37,879 bases of DNA from Actinomycetota bacterium (GTDB lineage Bacteria; Actinomycetota; Actinomycetes; Mycobacteriales; CADCTP01), in contig JBKOXW010000039.1 of the NCBI GenBank assembly GCA_046744115.1, positions 1-37,879 of the forward strand. Direction: 5' to 3'. Under the pieces are notes generated by a model that did not search any database, had not been told where the DNA came from, and saw only the letters and a list, made by a program, of their open reading frames with translations. The translations under genes and the position numbers were made by a program. Positions within the stretch are counted from its first letter, which is position 1. Each line of letters begins with the position of its first letter. Shown here piece after piece: positions 27,179 through 36,139 of the stretch.

Positions 27179-28237
27179 GTGACGTCTGTGCGCGCAGAGG
27201 GCTCGACGCTGCTCGGTCTCCCCGGCGCGGTGCCGGCGGACGGCGTCGACGCCGGGGTCGCGCTGCATTACGGCGACCCGGTCGCCGAGCAGCGCGCGCT
27301 CGCCGGCGGTGTCGGCTGGGTGGACCGCAGCCACCGCGGCGTGGTCGCCGTGCCCGGCCCCGACCGGCTGTCCTGGCTGCACAGCATCACCTCCCAGCAC
27401 CTGTCCGAGCTCGCCGACGGCGACGGCGCGGAGGCCCTGGTCCTCTCCCCGCACGGACACGTCGAGCACCACCTGCTCGTCGCGGAGTCCGGCGGGACGA
27501 CCTGGCTGGACGTCGAGCCGGGCACGGTGCCGGCCCTGCTCGGCTACCTGGAGTCGATGCGCTTCCTGCTCCGCGTCGAGCCCCGAGCTGCGACCGACGA
27601 GCTGGCCACCCTGTCGGTGGTCGGCCCCGAGACTGGCGCGCTGCTCGCCTCGCGGGGCTGGCCCGTCCCGGACGGGCCGCACGGCGTGGCGCCCCTGCCC
27701 GGCGGCGGCCTGGTCCGGCGGATGCCGTGGCCCGGCGAGGACGCGGCGGACCTGCTCGTGCCGCGCCTGGCGCTGGCCGACGTCGCTCGCCGGCTCATCG
27801 ACGCCGGGGCCCGACCCGCCGGCATCTGGGCGTACGAGGCACTGCGGGTCGAGTCCCGCCGACCCCGGCTGCGGTTCGAGACCGATCATCGGACCATCCC
27901 GCACGAGGTCGGTTGGATCGGCGTCGCCGTGCACCTGGACAAGGGCTGCTACCGGGGACAGGAGACGGTGGCGCGGGTGCACAACCTGGGCCGCCCACCG
28001 CGCCGCCTCGTCCTGCTGCACCTGTCGGGTGAGTCGGAGCAGCTCCCGCCGCCCGGCACGGCCGTGTCGTACGCCGACCGCCCGGTCGGCTTCCTCGGCA
28101 CCGCCGTGCACCACCACGAGCTCGGCCAGGTCGCGCTGGCCGTGGTCAAGCGGACCGTCCCGGACGGCGCCGAGCTCACGGTCGACGGCCTGCCGGCCAC
28201 GGTCGACCCGCCCGTGGAGCGAGAGCGGACACAGTGA
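27179..28237 (+). CDS. ygfZ: Folate-binding YgfZ/CAF17-family protein (Fe-S cluster repair related)
   Basis: VDRSHRGVVAVPGPDRLSWLHSITSQHL and the family signature KGCYRGQETVARVHNLGRPPRRL. The start is GTG 27179 or 27188. Confidence 0.8.
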   Translation: MTSVRAEGSTLLGLPGAVPADGVDAGVALHYGDPVAEQRALAGGVGWVDRSHRGVVAVPGPDRLSWLHSITSQHLSELADGDGAEALVLSPHGHVEHHLLVAESGGTTWLDVEPGTVPALLGYLESMRFLLRVEPRAATDELATLSVVGPETGALLASRGWPVPDGPHGVAPLPGGGLVRRMPWPGEDAADLLVPRLALADVARRLIDAGARPAGIWAYEALRVESRRPRLRFETDHRTIPHEVGWIGVAVHLDKGCYRGQETVARVHNLGRPPRRLVLLHLSGESEQLPPPGTAVSYADRPVGFLGTAVHHHELGQVALAVVKRTVPDGAELTVDGLPATVDPPVERERTQ

Positions 28238-29262
28238 CGCTGCGCTGGGGGATCCTCGGGCCGGGGCGGATCTCCCGCGCGTTCCTGACCGGGTTGGCCG
28301 ACGCGGACGGCGCGACCGCGGTGGCGGTGGCCAGCCGCGACGCCGGGCGGGCCCGCGCGTTCGCGGACGAGTTCAGGGTGCCGTGGGCGTACGGCTCGTA
28401 CGCCGACCTGCTCGGCGATCCGGACGTCGACGCCGTCTACATCGGACTGCCCAATGGCCTGCACCCGGAGTGGTCCGTCGCCGCGGCCCGGGCCGGCAAG
28501 CACGTGCTCTGCGAGAAGCCGCTGGCCGCGAGCGAGGCGGACGCGGAGGCCATGTTCGAGGCGGCGCGTGTGGCCGGGGTCTGGCTGATGGAGGCGTTCA
28601 TGTACCGCTTCCACCCCCGCACGCTGCGGCTGGCCGAGCTCGTCGCGGACGGGGCGGTCGGCCCGGTGCGGGTCATGCAGGGCTCGTTCGGTTTCACCGT
28701 CGGCGAGACCGCGAACACCCGGCTGTCGGCCGAGCTGGCCGGCGGCGCGGCACTCGACGTCGGCTGCTACCCGGTGAGCCTGGCCCGGATGGTGATCGGC
28801 GCCCGGCCCGCGCACGTGTTCGCGGCGGCACGCTGGGCCGATACCGGAGTGGACGCGGCGCTGGCCGGCAGCCTCGACTATCCGGGCGGCGAGCTCGGCC
28901 AGGTCTACGGCTCGATGTTCGCCGAGGACCACCAGACCGCGGTCGTCATCGGCAGCGAGGGCATGATCGAGATCCCGACCCCGTTCGCCCCGCCGCAGGA
29001 TCGACCGGCGCGGCTGGTGATCGGCCGCGCGGGCAGCCGGGTCGAGGAGACGTTCGACCCGGTGGACCAGTACCGGCTGGAGGCCGAGGGTTTCGACCGG
29101 CTCATCGCGGCCGGCCACGACGTGACCGGGCTCCCGGAGATGCCGCTGGCCGAGAGCCTGGACAACGCGGCGACGATCGAGGCGCTGCTGCGCAGCGCCC
29201 GGGACGGCCGCCGGGTCTCCCTGCAGGGAGCCGTCCCCGGCCGTGCGACGATGCCGGGGTGA
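28234..29262 (+). CDS. Gfo/Idh/MocA-family NAD(P)-dependent oxidoreductase
   Basis: LRWGILGPGRISRAFL Rossmann N-terminus and the EKP motif (HVLCEKPLA). GTG overlaps the ygfZ stop (GTGA). Confidence 0.85.
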   Translation: MTLRWGILGPGRISRAFLTGLADADGATAVAVASRDAGRARAFADEFRVPWAYGSYADLLGDPDVDAVYIGLPNGLHPEWSVAAARAGKHVLCEKPLAASEADAEAMFEAARVAGVWLMEAFMYRFHPRTLRLAELVADGAVGPVRVMQGSFGFTVGETANTRLSAELAGGAALDVGCYPVSLARMVIGARPAHVFAAARWADTGVDAALAGSLDYPGGELGQVYGSMFAEDHQTAVVIGSEGMIEIPTPFAPPQDRPARLVIGRAGSRVEETFDPVDQYRLEAEGFDRLIAAGHDVTGLPEMPLAESLDNAATIEALLRSARDGRRVSLQGAVPGRATMPG

Positions 29263-30122
29263 GCGCAGCGACGACGCTGATCACCGTGGCGCCGACCGGC
29301 GCCGAGACGGCCAAGTCGGACGCGCCCGCGCTGCCGGTGACCCTGGACGAGCTGGTCGGCACGGCCCGCGAGTGCGAGCGGCTCGGCGCGAGCGTGATCC
29401 ACGTCCACGTCCGCGACGCCGCCGCCGAACCGACGCTGGATCTCGGCCGGCTCCGCGACACCGTGGCCGCGCTGCGCGAGGCGACCGACCTGGTGGTGCA
29501 GCTGTCCACCGGCGGCGCGGTCACCGACCCGGAGGCGGACCGGCTGCGCGCGCTGGACGCCGACCCCGACGCGGCCAGCTGCACGATGGGCACGGTCAAC
29601 TTCGGCATCGACGTCTTCCTCAACCGCTGGCAGTTCGTGGTGGAGTTGCACCGGCGCATGCAGGAGCGGGAGATCGTGCCCGAGTACGAGATCTTCGACC
29701 TGGGGCACCTCGCCGCCCTGCACCGGCTGCTGGACAAGCACGGCCCGCCGTACGGCGGCCACGTCCACTGCGACCTGGTCATGGGCGTGCCGGGTGGGAT
29801 GCCGGGCACGGCGGCGGCGCTCGTCGCCGCGGTGCAGATGCTCCCGGCCGGCGCGACGTTCTCCGCGACCGGCGTCGGCCGCACCACGATCCCGGTCATG
29901 CTCGCGTCGCTGGCCGCCGGCGGGCACCTGCGGGTCGGCATGGAGGACACGCTGACGTTTGCGCCTGGCCGGCCGGTGCGGGACAACGCCCAGCTGGTGG
30001 AGCGGGCGGCCGAGGTGTCCCGGATCGCGCTGCGGCCGCCGATGCCGGTACCGGCCGCCCGCGAGCTGCTCGGCGTCAAGGACCGGCGGCCGGCGGGCGC
30101 GGCGGCGCCGACCGCGCAGTGA
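29259..30122 (+). CDS. BKACE-family beta-keto acid cleavage enzyme (DUF849, 3-keto-5-aminohexanoate cleavage-like)
   Basis: ITVAPTGAE ... VIHVHVRD ... VQLSTGG ... HLRVGMEDT, the TIM-barrel Zn-site pattern of the family. GTG 29259 overlaps the upstream stop (GTGA). Confidence 0.8.
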   Translation: MSAATTLITVAPTGAETAKSDAPALPVTLDELVGTARECERLGASVIHVHVRDAAAEPTLDLGRLRDTVAALREATDLVVQLSTGGAVTDPEADRLRALDADPDAASCTMGTVNFGIDVFLNRWQFVVELHRRMQEREIVPEYEIFDLGHLAALHRLLDKHGPPYGGHVHCDLVMGVPGGMPGTAAALVAAVQMLPAGATFSATGVGRTTIPVMLASLAAGGHLRVGMEDTLTFAPGRPVRDNAQLVERAAEVSRIALRPPMPVPAARELLGVKDRRPAGAAAPTAQ

Positions 30123-31126
30123 GCGGGCTGCCGGCGGGCCACAGCGCGGTGGCGGCCGATGTCGCCGGCCCGGGTGTGGAGCTCGTCGAGGTCGTCCGGT
30201 CCGGCGTGATCGAGTGCGTGCACCGGGGTTCGGTGATAGCGCTCGACCCCGCGGGCGGCGTGGCGATCAGCGCCGGCGAGCCGGACCGGCCGTGCTTCCC
30301 GCGCTCGGCGAACAAGCCGCTGCAGGCGGTCGGCATGCTCCGCGCCGGCCTGCGCCTCGACCCGCCGGATCTCGCGCTCGCGGCCGCCTCGCATTCCGGC
30401 GAGCCGGCCCACGTCAGCCGGATCCGTGACCTGCTCGCCCGCGCCGGCCTGCCGGACAGCGCGCTGGCCTGCCCGCCGGCGCTGCCGCTCGACGAGCACG
30501 CCGCGCACGCCGTGATCGCCGCCGGCGCCGGCCGGGACCGGGTCCTGATGAACTGCTCCGGCAAGCACACCGCGATGCTGCTCACCTGCCTGTCCAACGA
30601 CTGGCCGCTTGAGGGCTACACCGACCCGGCGCACCCGCTGCAGACCGCGCTGCGGGCCGCAGTCGAGGACCTGGCCGGGGAGCCGGTCGGCGCGGTGGGC
30701 GTGGACGGCTGCGGCGCACCGCTCTTCGCGCTGAGCCTGACCGGGATAGCCCGGGCCTACGCGCGCCTGGTCACCGCCGAGCCCGGCACGCCGGAGCGGA
30801 CCGTCGCGGACGCCATGCGCGCTCATCCCGACCTGGTCGGCGGGTCCGGCCGAGACGTCACGCTGCTGATGCGCGGCATGCCCGGGCTGCTGGCCAAGGA
30901 TGGCGCGGAGGGCGCCTACGCCGCCGCGCTGGCCTCCGGTGCGGCGGTGGCGGTGAAGATCGTCGACGGCGGCGGGCGGGCCCGGACGCCGGTCCTCGTG
31001 GGCGCGCTCCGCCGGCTCGGGATGGACGCGCCCGTGCTCGACGAGCTGGCCGAGCAGCCGGTGCTCGGCGGCGGCGCGCCGGTCGGCGCGGTGAGGCTGC
31101 GGGCCGGCGCGCTCGACCCCGGCTGA
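30119..31126 (+). CDS. Asparaginase-II-like (PF06089-type) amidohydrolase
   Basis: ECVHRGSVIALD ... FPRSANKPLQA ... NCSGKHTAML ... VDGCGAP ... AKDGAEG. GTG 30119 overlaps the upstream stop (GTGA). Confidence 0.7.
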   Translation: MSGLPAGHSAVAADVAGPGVELVEVVRSGVIECVHRGSVIALDPAGGVAISAGEPDRPCFPRSANKPLQAVGMLRAGLRLDPPDLALAAASHSGEPAHVSRIRDLLARAGLPDSALACPPALPLDEHAAHAVIAAGAGRDRVLMNCSGKHTAMLLTCLSNDWPLEGYTDPAHPLQTALRAAVEDLAGEPVGAVGVDGCGAPLFALSLTGIARAYARLVTAEPGTPERTVADAMRAHPDLVGGSGRDVTLLMRGMPGLLAKDGAEGAYAAALASGAAVAVKIVDGGGRARTPVLVGALRRLGMDAPVLDELAEQPVLGGGAPVGAVRLRAGALDPG

Positions 31127-31215
31127 GCCGGTTCGAGATCGGCGCCCGGGAAGCCGTCGCAGCGGTCCGCAGGATCGCGTCACCGGCGGCGCGACATGAC
31201 CGGACTTGCCGCCGG

Positions 31216-32457
31216 GTGCCGCCGGTTCGGGGGTTCCGCGCACCAGGCCGGGCGAGGAACGGTACGGTCCCCGCCGTGGGCGAACGACGGCCGATCGCGT
31301 CCCTGGTGGACGGTGGCACCAACAGCCTGCCGGCGCTCTACGACTCGTATGCAGACCGGCTGTACACGTACTGCTACTCGCTGCTGTCCGACCCCGACCT
31401 CGCCGCCGATGCACTGTCCGACTGCCTGATCGTCGCGGCCCAGCGGGTGGGTCAGCTGCGCAAGCCGGAGCGCCTGCGTTGCTGGCTCTACGCCCTCGCG
31501 CGCAACGAGTGCCTGCGCCGCCGGGCCGACGCGGAGGAGTTCGCCGACGTCGATGAGGAGCTCGCCGAGCTGGCCGGCCGGCACCGGCTGGGCGTCATCG
31601 AGATCACCACGCTGCTGGGTCTCCCGTTCGACGTGGTCGCTGGCCAGGTGAATGCGGTGCTCGCCGCTGACCCGGGCGCGGCGCCGCTCCTGGAGGCGCC
31701 CACCTGGCCGCGGGAACAGCTCGTCATCGCACCGGACGCCGATGAGGCCGGGCATCGTGCCGCGCTGGCGAAGCGCGCCGGCCCGTACGACGAGGACGGC
31801 TTTCCGCTGCCGCTCGACCGGCGCCGGATGATCAGCGGCCGCGTGCTGGCCTGGTCGACCGCGGCAGTGGTGCTCGTCGTGCTGGCCCTGCTCGTCGTGC
31901 TGCCGCGCAGCGGCGGGGATGCCGGGTCGCCGGCGAGCACCGGGGTGGCTTCGGCCGCGGACGTCACCGGCCCGCTGTCGAGCGTCGGCGCGTCCACGCC
32001 GCCGACCCCGGCGTCGTGGCCGCCGGCGAGTCCGGCCGCCACGCTGATCGCGCCGACGCTCCCCGCACCTGTCCCGTCGTCGCCGAGTGCTCAGCCGGCG
32101 CCGTCAACGGCGCCCCGCAGGTCGTCGCCGAGCAGCGCTGGGGCCGAGCCGCCGCGGGTACGGATCGGCGCGCAGAACGAGTCCGCGCCGGCCTGCGATG
32201 AGACGTGGACGGCGGGCGCGTGGGCGTTCGTGCACAGTGACGATGTCGGGCGGGTCGTCGCGCGGTGGACGGGCGGTGGGCAGGAGCGGACGGTGCCGAT
32301 GGCGGGGTCCGGCCGCAGGTGGCAGGCAGACCTTACCGGCCTTCCGGTGAACACCGTCGTCACCTGGAGCGTGACGGTGACGACCACCGACGGCACGGTC
32401 GCCCGGTCCGGCACGGAGACGCTCTCGTACGACTGCGAGGTCTCCTCGGCGGGGTGA
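31216..32457 (+). CDS. Sigma-70 region2/region4-like domain fused to a TM helix, a Pro/Ser/Ala linker and a Cys-bracketed extracytoplasmic beta domain
   Basis: The ECF-like region 2 is LYDSYADRLYTYCYSLLSDPDLAADALSDCLIVAAQRVGQLRKPERLRCWLYALARNECLRR. A weak region 4 HTH follows (GVIEITTLLGLPFDVVAGQVNAV). The TM segment is VLAWSTAAVVLVVLALLVVL. The C-terminal part runs about 100 aa from ...APACDETW to ...LSYDCE. The start is uncertain (GTG 31216 or GTG 31276). Confidence 0.6.
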   Translation: MPPVRGFRAPGRARNGTVPAVGERRPIASLVDGGTNSLPALYDSYADRLYTYCYSLLSDPDLAADALSDCLIVAAQRVGQLRKPERLRCWLYALARNECLRRRADAEEFADVDEELAELAGRHRLGVIEITTLLGLPFDVVAGQVNAVLAADPGAAPLLEAPTWPREQLVIAPDADEAGHRAALAKRAGPYDEDGFPLPLDRRRMISGRVLAWSTAAVVLVVLALLVVLPRSGGDAGSPASTGVASAADVTGPLSSVGASTPPTPASWPPASPAATLIAPTLPAPVPSSPSAQPAPSTAPRRSSPSSAGAEPPRVRIGAQNESAPACDETWTAGAWAFVHSDDVGRVVARWTGGGQERTVPMAGSGRRWQADLTGLPVNTVVTWSVTVTTTDGTVARSGTETLSYDCEVSSAG

Positions 32458-32484
32458 GCCACCTCACGTCGCTACTGCTTGCAG

Positions 32485-32506
32485 AGTGCTTGCTCTAGCT
32501 AGCACT
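32485..32506. promoter_or_regulatory. Candidate operator: AGTGCT-N10-AGCACT around a CTAGCTAG core, in a low-GC patch upstream of the XRE regulator
   Basis: Inverted repeat at 32485-32490 and 32501-32506, about 70 nt upstream of ATG 32573. Confidence 0.3.
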
Positions 32507-32572
32507 GCGGTCTAGAGTCGGTGGTGCACGACGCTCCATCGACGGGCGATCGGGCGAGAGGAGGCGCCAGCC

Positions 32573-32935
32573 ATGCCGGCACTGTCCATGCGGGAACTCG
32601 GCGAGTACATCCGCGAGCAGCGCCGCGCCGCGCAGGTCTCCCTCCGCCAGCTTGCCCGCTCCGCCGGGGTGAGCAACCCGTACCTGTCCCAGATCGAGCG
32701 GGGACTGCGCAAGCCGAGCGCGGAAATCCTGCAGCAGATCGCCAAGGGTCTCCGGATCTCCGCCGAGCAGCTCTACATCCACGCCGGCATCCTCGACGAG
32801 CGCGTCAGCGACGACAGCGTCGTCACCGCGATCCTCGCCGACGCCGGGCTGACGGAGCGGCAGAAGCAGGTCCTGCGCGACATCTACGAGTCGTTCCGCA
32901 AGGAGAACGCCGGGCGGTCCGCCGACGCGTCCTGA
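32573..32935 (+). CDS. XRE-family helix-turn-helix transcriptional regulator (Rv0474-like)
   Basis: LGEYIREQRRAAQVSLRQLARSAGVSNPYLSQIERGLRKPSAEILQQIAKGL. Located directly upstream of an HbhA-like gene. Confidence 0.85.
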   Translation: MPALSMRELGEYIREQRRAAQVSLRQLARSAGVSNPYLSQIERGLRKPSAEILQQIAKGLRISAEQLYIHAGILDERVSDDSVVTAILADAGLTERQKQVLRDIYESFRKENAGRSADAS

Positions 32936-32984
32936 CCGGCGCACCCACCGGCACCAACCACACCAGCACGCAGAGGAGACACGC

Positions 32985-33521
32985 ATGCCCACCACCAGCG
33001 ACCTGAAGAAGTACGGCGACGAGGCCCGCAAGCCGCTGTTCGCCGCGGTCGGCGCGACCGAGCTCGCGTACGGCCAGATCGTCAGCCAGCTCAAGGACCT
33101 GCCGGTCGAGGCGCAGGCCCGGCTGAAGAAGGTGTCCGGCGAGACGCAGAGCCAGCTGAAGAAGCTGTCCGAGCGCGCCCAGTCGGGCGTGTCCTCGGTC
33201 GACCCGGGCCAGGTCACCACGAAGGTCCGGGAGAGCGTCCAGGGCTACGTCGCGCAGGCCAGGCAGGCGTACGCGAGCTACGCGGTGCAGGCCAAGGACA
33301 CCTACGACTCGCTCAGCCACCGCGGCGAGCTGGCGGTCCGCCGGCTGCGCCGGCGGCCGGAGCTGCGCGCGGCGTTCGACTCGACCGAGGCGCTGCTCGA
33401 CCGTGCCGAGAAGGCCGTCGAGAAGGCCGAGGACTCGGTGACCATCAAGCCGGCGTCCACGTCCGCTGCCCGCAAGGCACCGGCGCGCAAGGCCCCGGCC
33501 CGCAAGGCGACCAAGGCCTGA
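32985..33521 (+). CDS. HbhA-like (heparin-binding hemagglutinin family) coiled-coil protein with a Lys/Ala/Pro-rich tail
   Basis: PLFAAVGATELAYGQI, then a coiled coil, then the tail AARKAPARKAPARKATKA encoded by a 15-nt tandem repeat (about 33466-33518). Confidence 0.75.
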   Translation: MPTTSDLKKYGDEARKPLFAAVGATELAYGQIVSQLKDLPVEAQARLKKVSGETQSQLKKLSERAQSGVSSVDPGQVTTKVRESVQGYVAQARQAYASYAVQAKDTYDSLSHRGELAVRRLRRRPELRAAFDSTEALLDRAEKAVEKAEDSVTIKPASTSAARKAPARKAPARKATKA

Positions 33522-33542
33522 TCACCCCGGCCTGACCCCGCC

Positions 33543-33575
33543 GAAGGCCCCCGGACCTCCCGCCCGGGGGCCTTC
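33543..33575 (+). terminator. Intrinsic-terminator-like hairpin after the HbhA-like gene
   Basis: GAAGGCCCCCGG - 9 nt - CCGGGGGCCTTC, a perfect 12-bp GC-rich stem. There is no U-tract, which is common in actinomycetes. Confidence 0.6.
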
Positions 33576-33622
33576 GTCATGCCCGGGGGCATCCTCCGGC
33601 AACCTGGCCGTACTCTTGCCTG

Positions 33623-33910
33623 GTGGGCTTTCTCTCCGGCACCGTGCTCGGGCTCATCGGTCTCGCCGTGCTCGTCCTGCAGGGCTGGGCGCTGATCGAC
33701 TGCGCCATCCGTCCAACGCCGACCTTCGTCGCGGCCGGCAAGCTGACCAAGCCGGCGTGGCTCGCGATCACCGGCGCCGCGCTGGTGATCGGCCTGCTCT
33801 TTGGCGTGCTGAGCATCTTCGGCATCGCCGCCGTCGTCGGCTCGATCGTGTACCTGGTCGACGTGCGTCCGGCGGTGCGCGAGGTGCAGGGCGGCGGCAA
33901 CCGCTGGTAG
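33623..33910 (+). CDS. DUF2516 small membrane protein (Rv0476-like)
   Basis: 95 aa, with three hydrophobic segments by eye (LIGLAVLVLQGWALIDC, KPAWLAITGAALVIGLLF). GTG start. Confidence 0.75.
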   Translation: MGFLSGTVLGLIGLAVLVLQGWALIDCAIRPTPTFVAAGKLTKPAWLAITGAALVIGLLFGVLSIFGIAAVVGSIVYLVDVRPAVREVQGGGNRW

Positions 33911-33934
33911 GCGCGGCGCTGGCCGAGCGGTAGA

Positions 33935-34486
33935 TCAGGGGTTGGTGGCAAGCCGGCGCAGGTCGACCGCGGCGGGCAGGTCGCCCGGGCGCAGGCGGTA
34001 GAGCTCGAGCCGCAGCTCGAAGTACTTGTCGGTGGTGCCGACGTACTCCATGCCCAGCCGGCGGGCCACCGCCGTGGACCGGCGGTTACCCGGCCGGACC
34101 ACCGCGAAGACCTCCTCGATCCCGGTGCGGAACGCCCGCTCCGCCGCCGCCCGGCCCATCTCGGTGGCGTAGCCCTTGCCCCAGTGGTCGGGATGCAAGT
34201 GCCAGGCCACCTCGACGTCCTCGTCCACCGGTGGCAGCGGCCGGAGCAGCACGCTGCCGATCGCGACGCCGGGATTCGACCGCTCCTCGATTGCCCAGAC
34301 GCCGTACGTGGGGTCGCTCGTCGGCCGTGACCACCGCTCCACCCGTTCCGCGATGTCGCCGGATTCGGTGGGCAACCAGCGCGCCACCTCGTACCGGGAG
34401 TAGATGTCGTTGGCCGCCTTCAGGTCGTCGTCGCCGACCGTCCACGGGCGGGCGATCAGGCGCTCGGTGGCGAGGACTGGCTGCAC
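33935..34486 (-). CDS. GNAT-family N-acetyltransferase (RimJ/RimL-like)
   Basis: TERLIARPWTVGDD ... WHLHPDHWGKGYATEMGRAAAERAF. GTG start. Confidence 0.8.
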   Translation of the reverse strand: MQPVLATERLIARPWTVGDDDLKAANDIYSRYEVARWLPTESGDIAERVERWSRPTSDPTYGVWAIEERSNPGVAIGSVLLRPLPPVDEDVEVAWHLHPDHWGKGYATEMGRAAAERAFRTGIEEVFAVVRPGNRRSTAVARRLGMEYVGTTDKYFELRLELYRLRPGDLPAAVDLRRLATNP

Positions 34487-34561
34487 ACTCCGACCGTATC
34501 CGTGGTCCGCGCGCTGTGTACAACACCGGCTCGTCAGGGCGCGCTGGTCAGGGGCGGCCCG

Positions 34562-35371
34562 TCAGGTCGACGCGACGGCCGACCACCGGACGGTCAGCTC
34601 GCCGAGCCGCCACCGGCTCCGACCACCCACCACCGGCCAGCCGTCGTCGGCCAGCCGTTCCACCGCGGCCGCCCAGCGGTGCCGGGGTCCGAACGCGGCG
34701 TACCCGGCGGTCGTCGCCCACGCCCGGTCGAACGCGACGAGCAGCTCGTGCACCGGCTCACCCGGCCGGTTCCGGTGGATCAGCGCCTTCGGCAGCCGCT
34801 CGGCGAGCTCGCTCGGCCGGTCCAGGCCGGTGCTCCGGGCCGCGAGCGTCAGCGTGAGCGGGCCGCCCGCGTCGAGGGCGACCCAGCAGGCGCGACGGCC
34901 TGGCTCGTCGCTGCTGCCCTCGACGAGCAGCCCGCCCGGGGCGAGCTGGCCGCGCATCACCGTCCAGGCCCGCGCGGCCGCCTCCTCGTCGTACTGGCGG
35001 AGCACGTTCAGTGCGCGGACCAGCACCGGCCGGCGGCCGGCGAGCTCGAAGCTGCCCAGGGCGAAGTCCAGCGCGGGCGGCTCGGCAAACCGCTGCGCCG
35101 CGGCGACTCGCTCCCGGTCCACCTCCAAGCCGAGCACCCGGGTGTCCCGGCGCACGTCCCGGAGCCGGTCGGCGAGCTCGATCGTGGTGACCGGGTGGGA
35201 GCCGAAACCGAGGTCGACCACGAGCGGGTCGACGGCGTCCCGGAGGCGGGCGGACTGGGTGCCGACCAGCCAGCGGTCCACCCGGCGCAGCCGGTTGGGA
35301 CGGGTGGTGCCGCGCGTGGGCAGGCCCAGCGCGCGCGCCCGCCCCGCCGCCAGCCGCGGCGCCTTCTTCAC
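34562..35371 (-). CDS. Class I SAM-dependent methyltransferase
   Basis: Motif I-like VVDLGFGSHPVT followed by VLGLEVD, a Rossmann-like pattern. 269 aa, GTG start. Confidence 0.65.
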   Translation of the reverse strand: MKKAPRLAAGRARALGLPTRGTTRPNRLRRVDRWLVGTQSARLRDAVDPLVVDLGFGSHPVTTIELADRLRDVRRDTRVLGLEVDRERVAAAQRFAEPPALDFALGSFELAGRRPVLVRALNVLRQYDEEAAARAWTVMRGQLAPGGLLVEGSSDEPGRRACWVALDAGGPLTLTLAARSTGLDRPSELAERLPKALIHRNRPGEPVHELLVAFDRAWATTAGYAAFGPRHRWAAAVERLADDGWPVVGGRSRWRLGELTVRWSAVAST

Positions 35372-35460
35372 AGCCCGTCACCATAGGGGGTGAGCTCGAT
35401 CTCCGTCCGCCGCCTGCCCCTACTGTGCAAGGCATGACACCTGCGCAGGGTGAGGGGGAG

Positions 35461-36129
35461 ATGCCGGAGCGGGAGATCGTGGTGGTCGTCGGCGCGGGGC
35501 CGGGCCTCGGCCTGGCGATCGCGCGGCGGTTCGCCCGGGAGGGCGCCTCGGTGGCGCTGCTCGCTCGCAACGCGCAGCGGCTCGCCGGCATGGTGGAGGA
35601 GCTGCGCGAAGCCGGCGCGTCCGGGCACGCGTTCGTCGCCGACGCCGCCGACCCGGACGACCTACGCTCGGCGCTGCGCGCCGTCCGCGTGTCCCTCGGC
35701 GACCCGACCGTGCTGGTGCACCACGTGTCGGTGCCGGTGCCCGGCCCGCCGACCGAGCTGGACTACGCGGCGTTCACGGCCGGCCTCCATGCCGGCGTCG
35801 GCGCGCTGGTGGTCGCCGCGCAGGAGCTCGCCCCGGCGATGCGGGCGGCCGGCCGCGGCACCGTGCTCGTCACCGGCAGCGCGGCCGCGGTCCGCCCGTC
35901 GGCCTCGTACGCCGGGCTGGGCGTGCAGAAGGCCGGCGTCCGGTCGCTCGCGCTCAGCCTGGCCGAGGAGCTGGCGCCGGACGGGATCCACGTCGCGACG
36001 GTGACCGTGATGGGCCTCATCCGCCCGGGCACGTACTACGACCCGGAGCGCATCGCCGAGCAGTACTGGGCCCTGCACACCGAGCCGCGCTCGGCCTGGC
36101 GCACCGAGCTCGTCTACCAGCGCCCGTAG
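35461..36129 (+). CDS. Short-chain dehydrogenase/reductase (SDR)
   Basis: VVVVGAGPGLGLAIARRFAREGASVALLARN, and YAGLGVQKAG contains the YxxxK motif. I prefer ATG 35461 after GAGGGGGAG. The track start at GTG 35425 is possible. Confidence 0.8.
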   Translation: MPEREIVVVVGAGPGLGLAIARRFAREGASVALLARNAQRLAGMVEELREAGASGHAFVADAADPDDLRSALRAVRVSLGDPTVLVHHVSVPVPGPPTELDYAAFTAGLHAGVGALVVAAQELAPAMRAAGRGTVLVTGSAAAVRPSASYAGLGVQKAGVRSLALSLAEELAPDGIHVATVTVMGLIRPGTYYDPERIAEQYWALHTEPRSAWRTELVYQRP

Positions 36130-36139
36130 GGTTGTCCGG

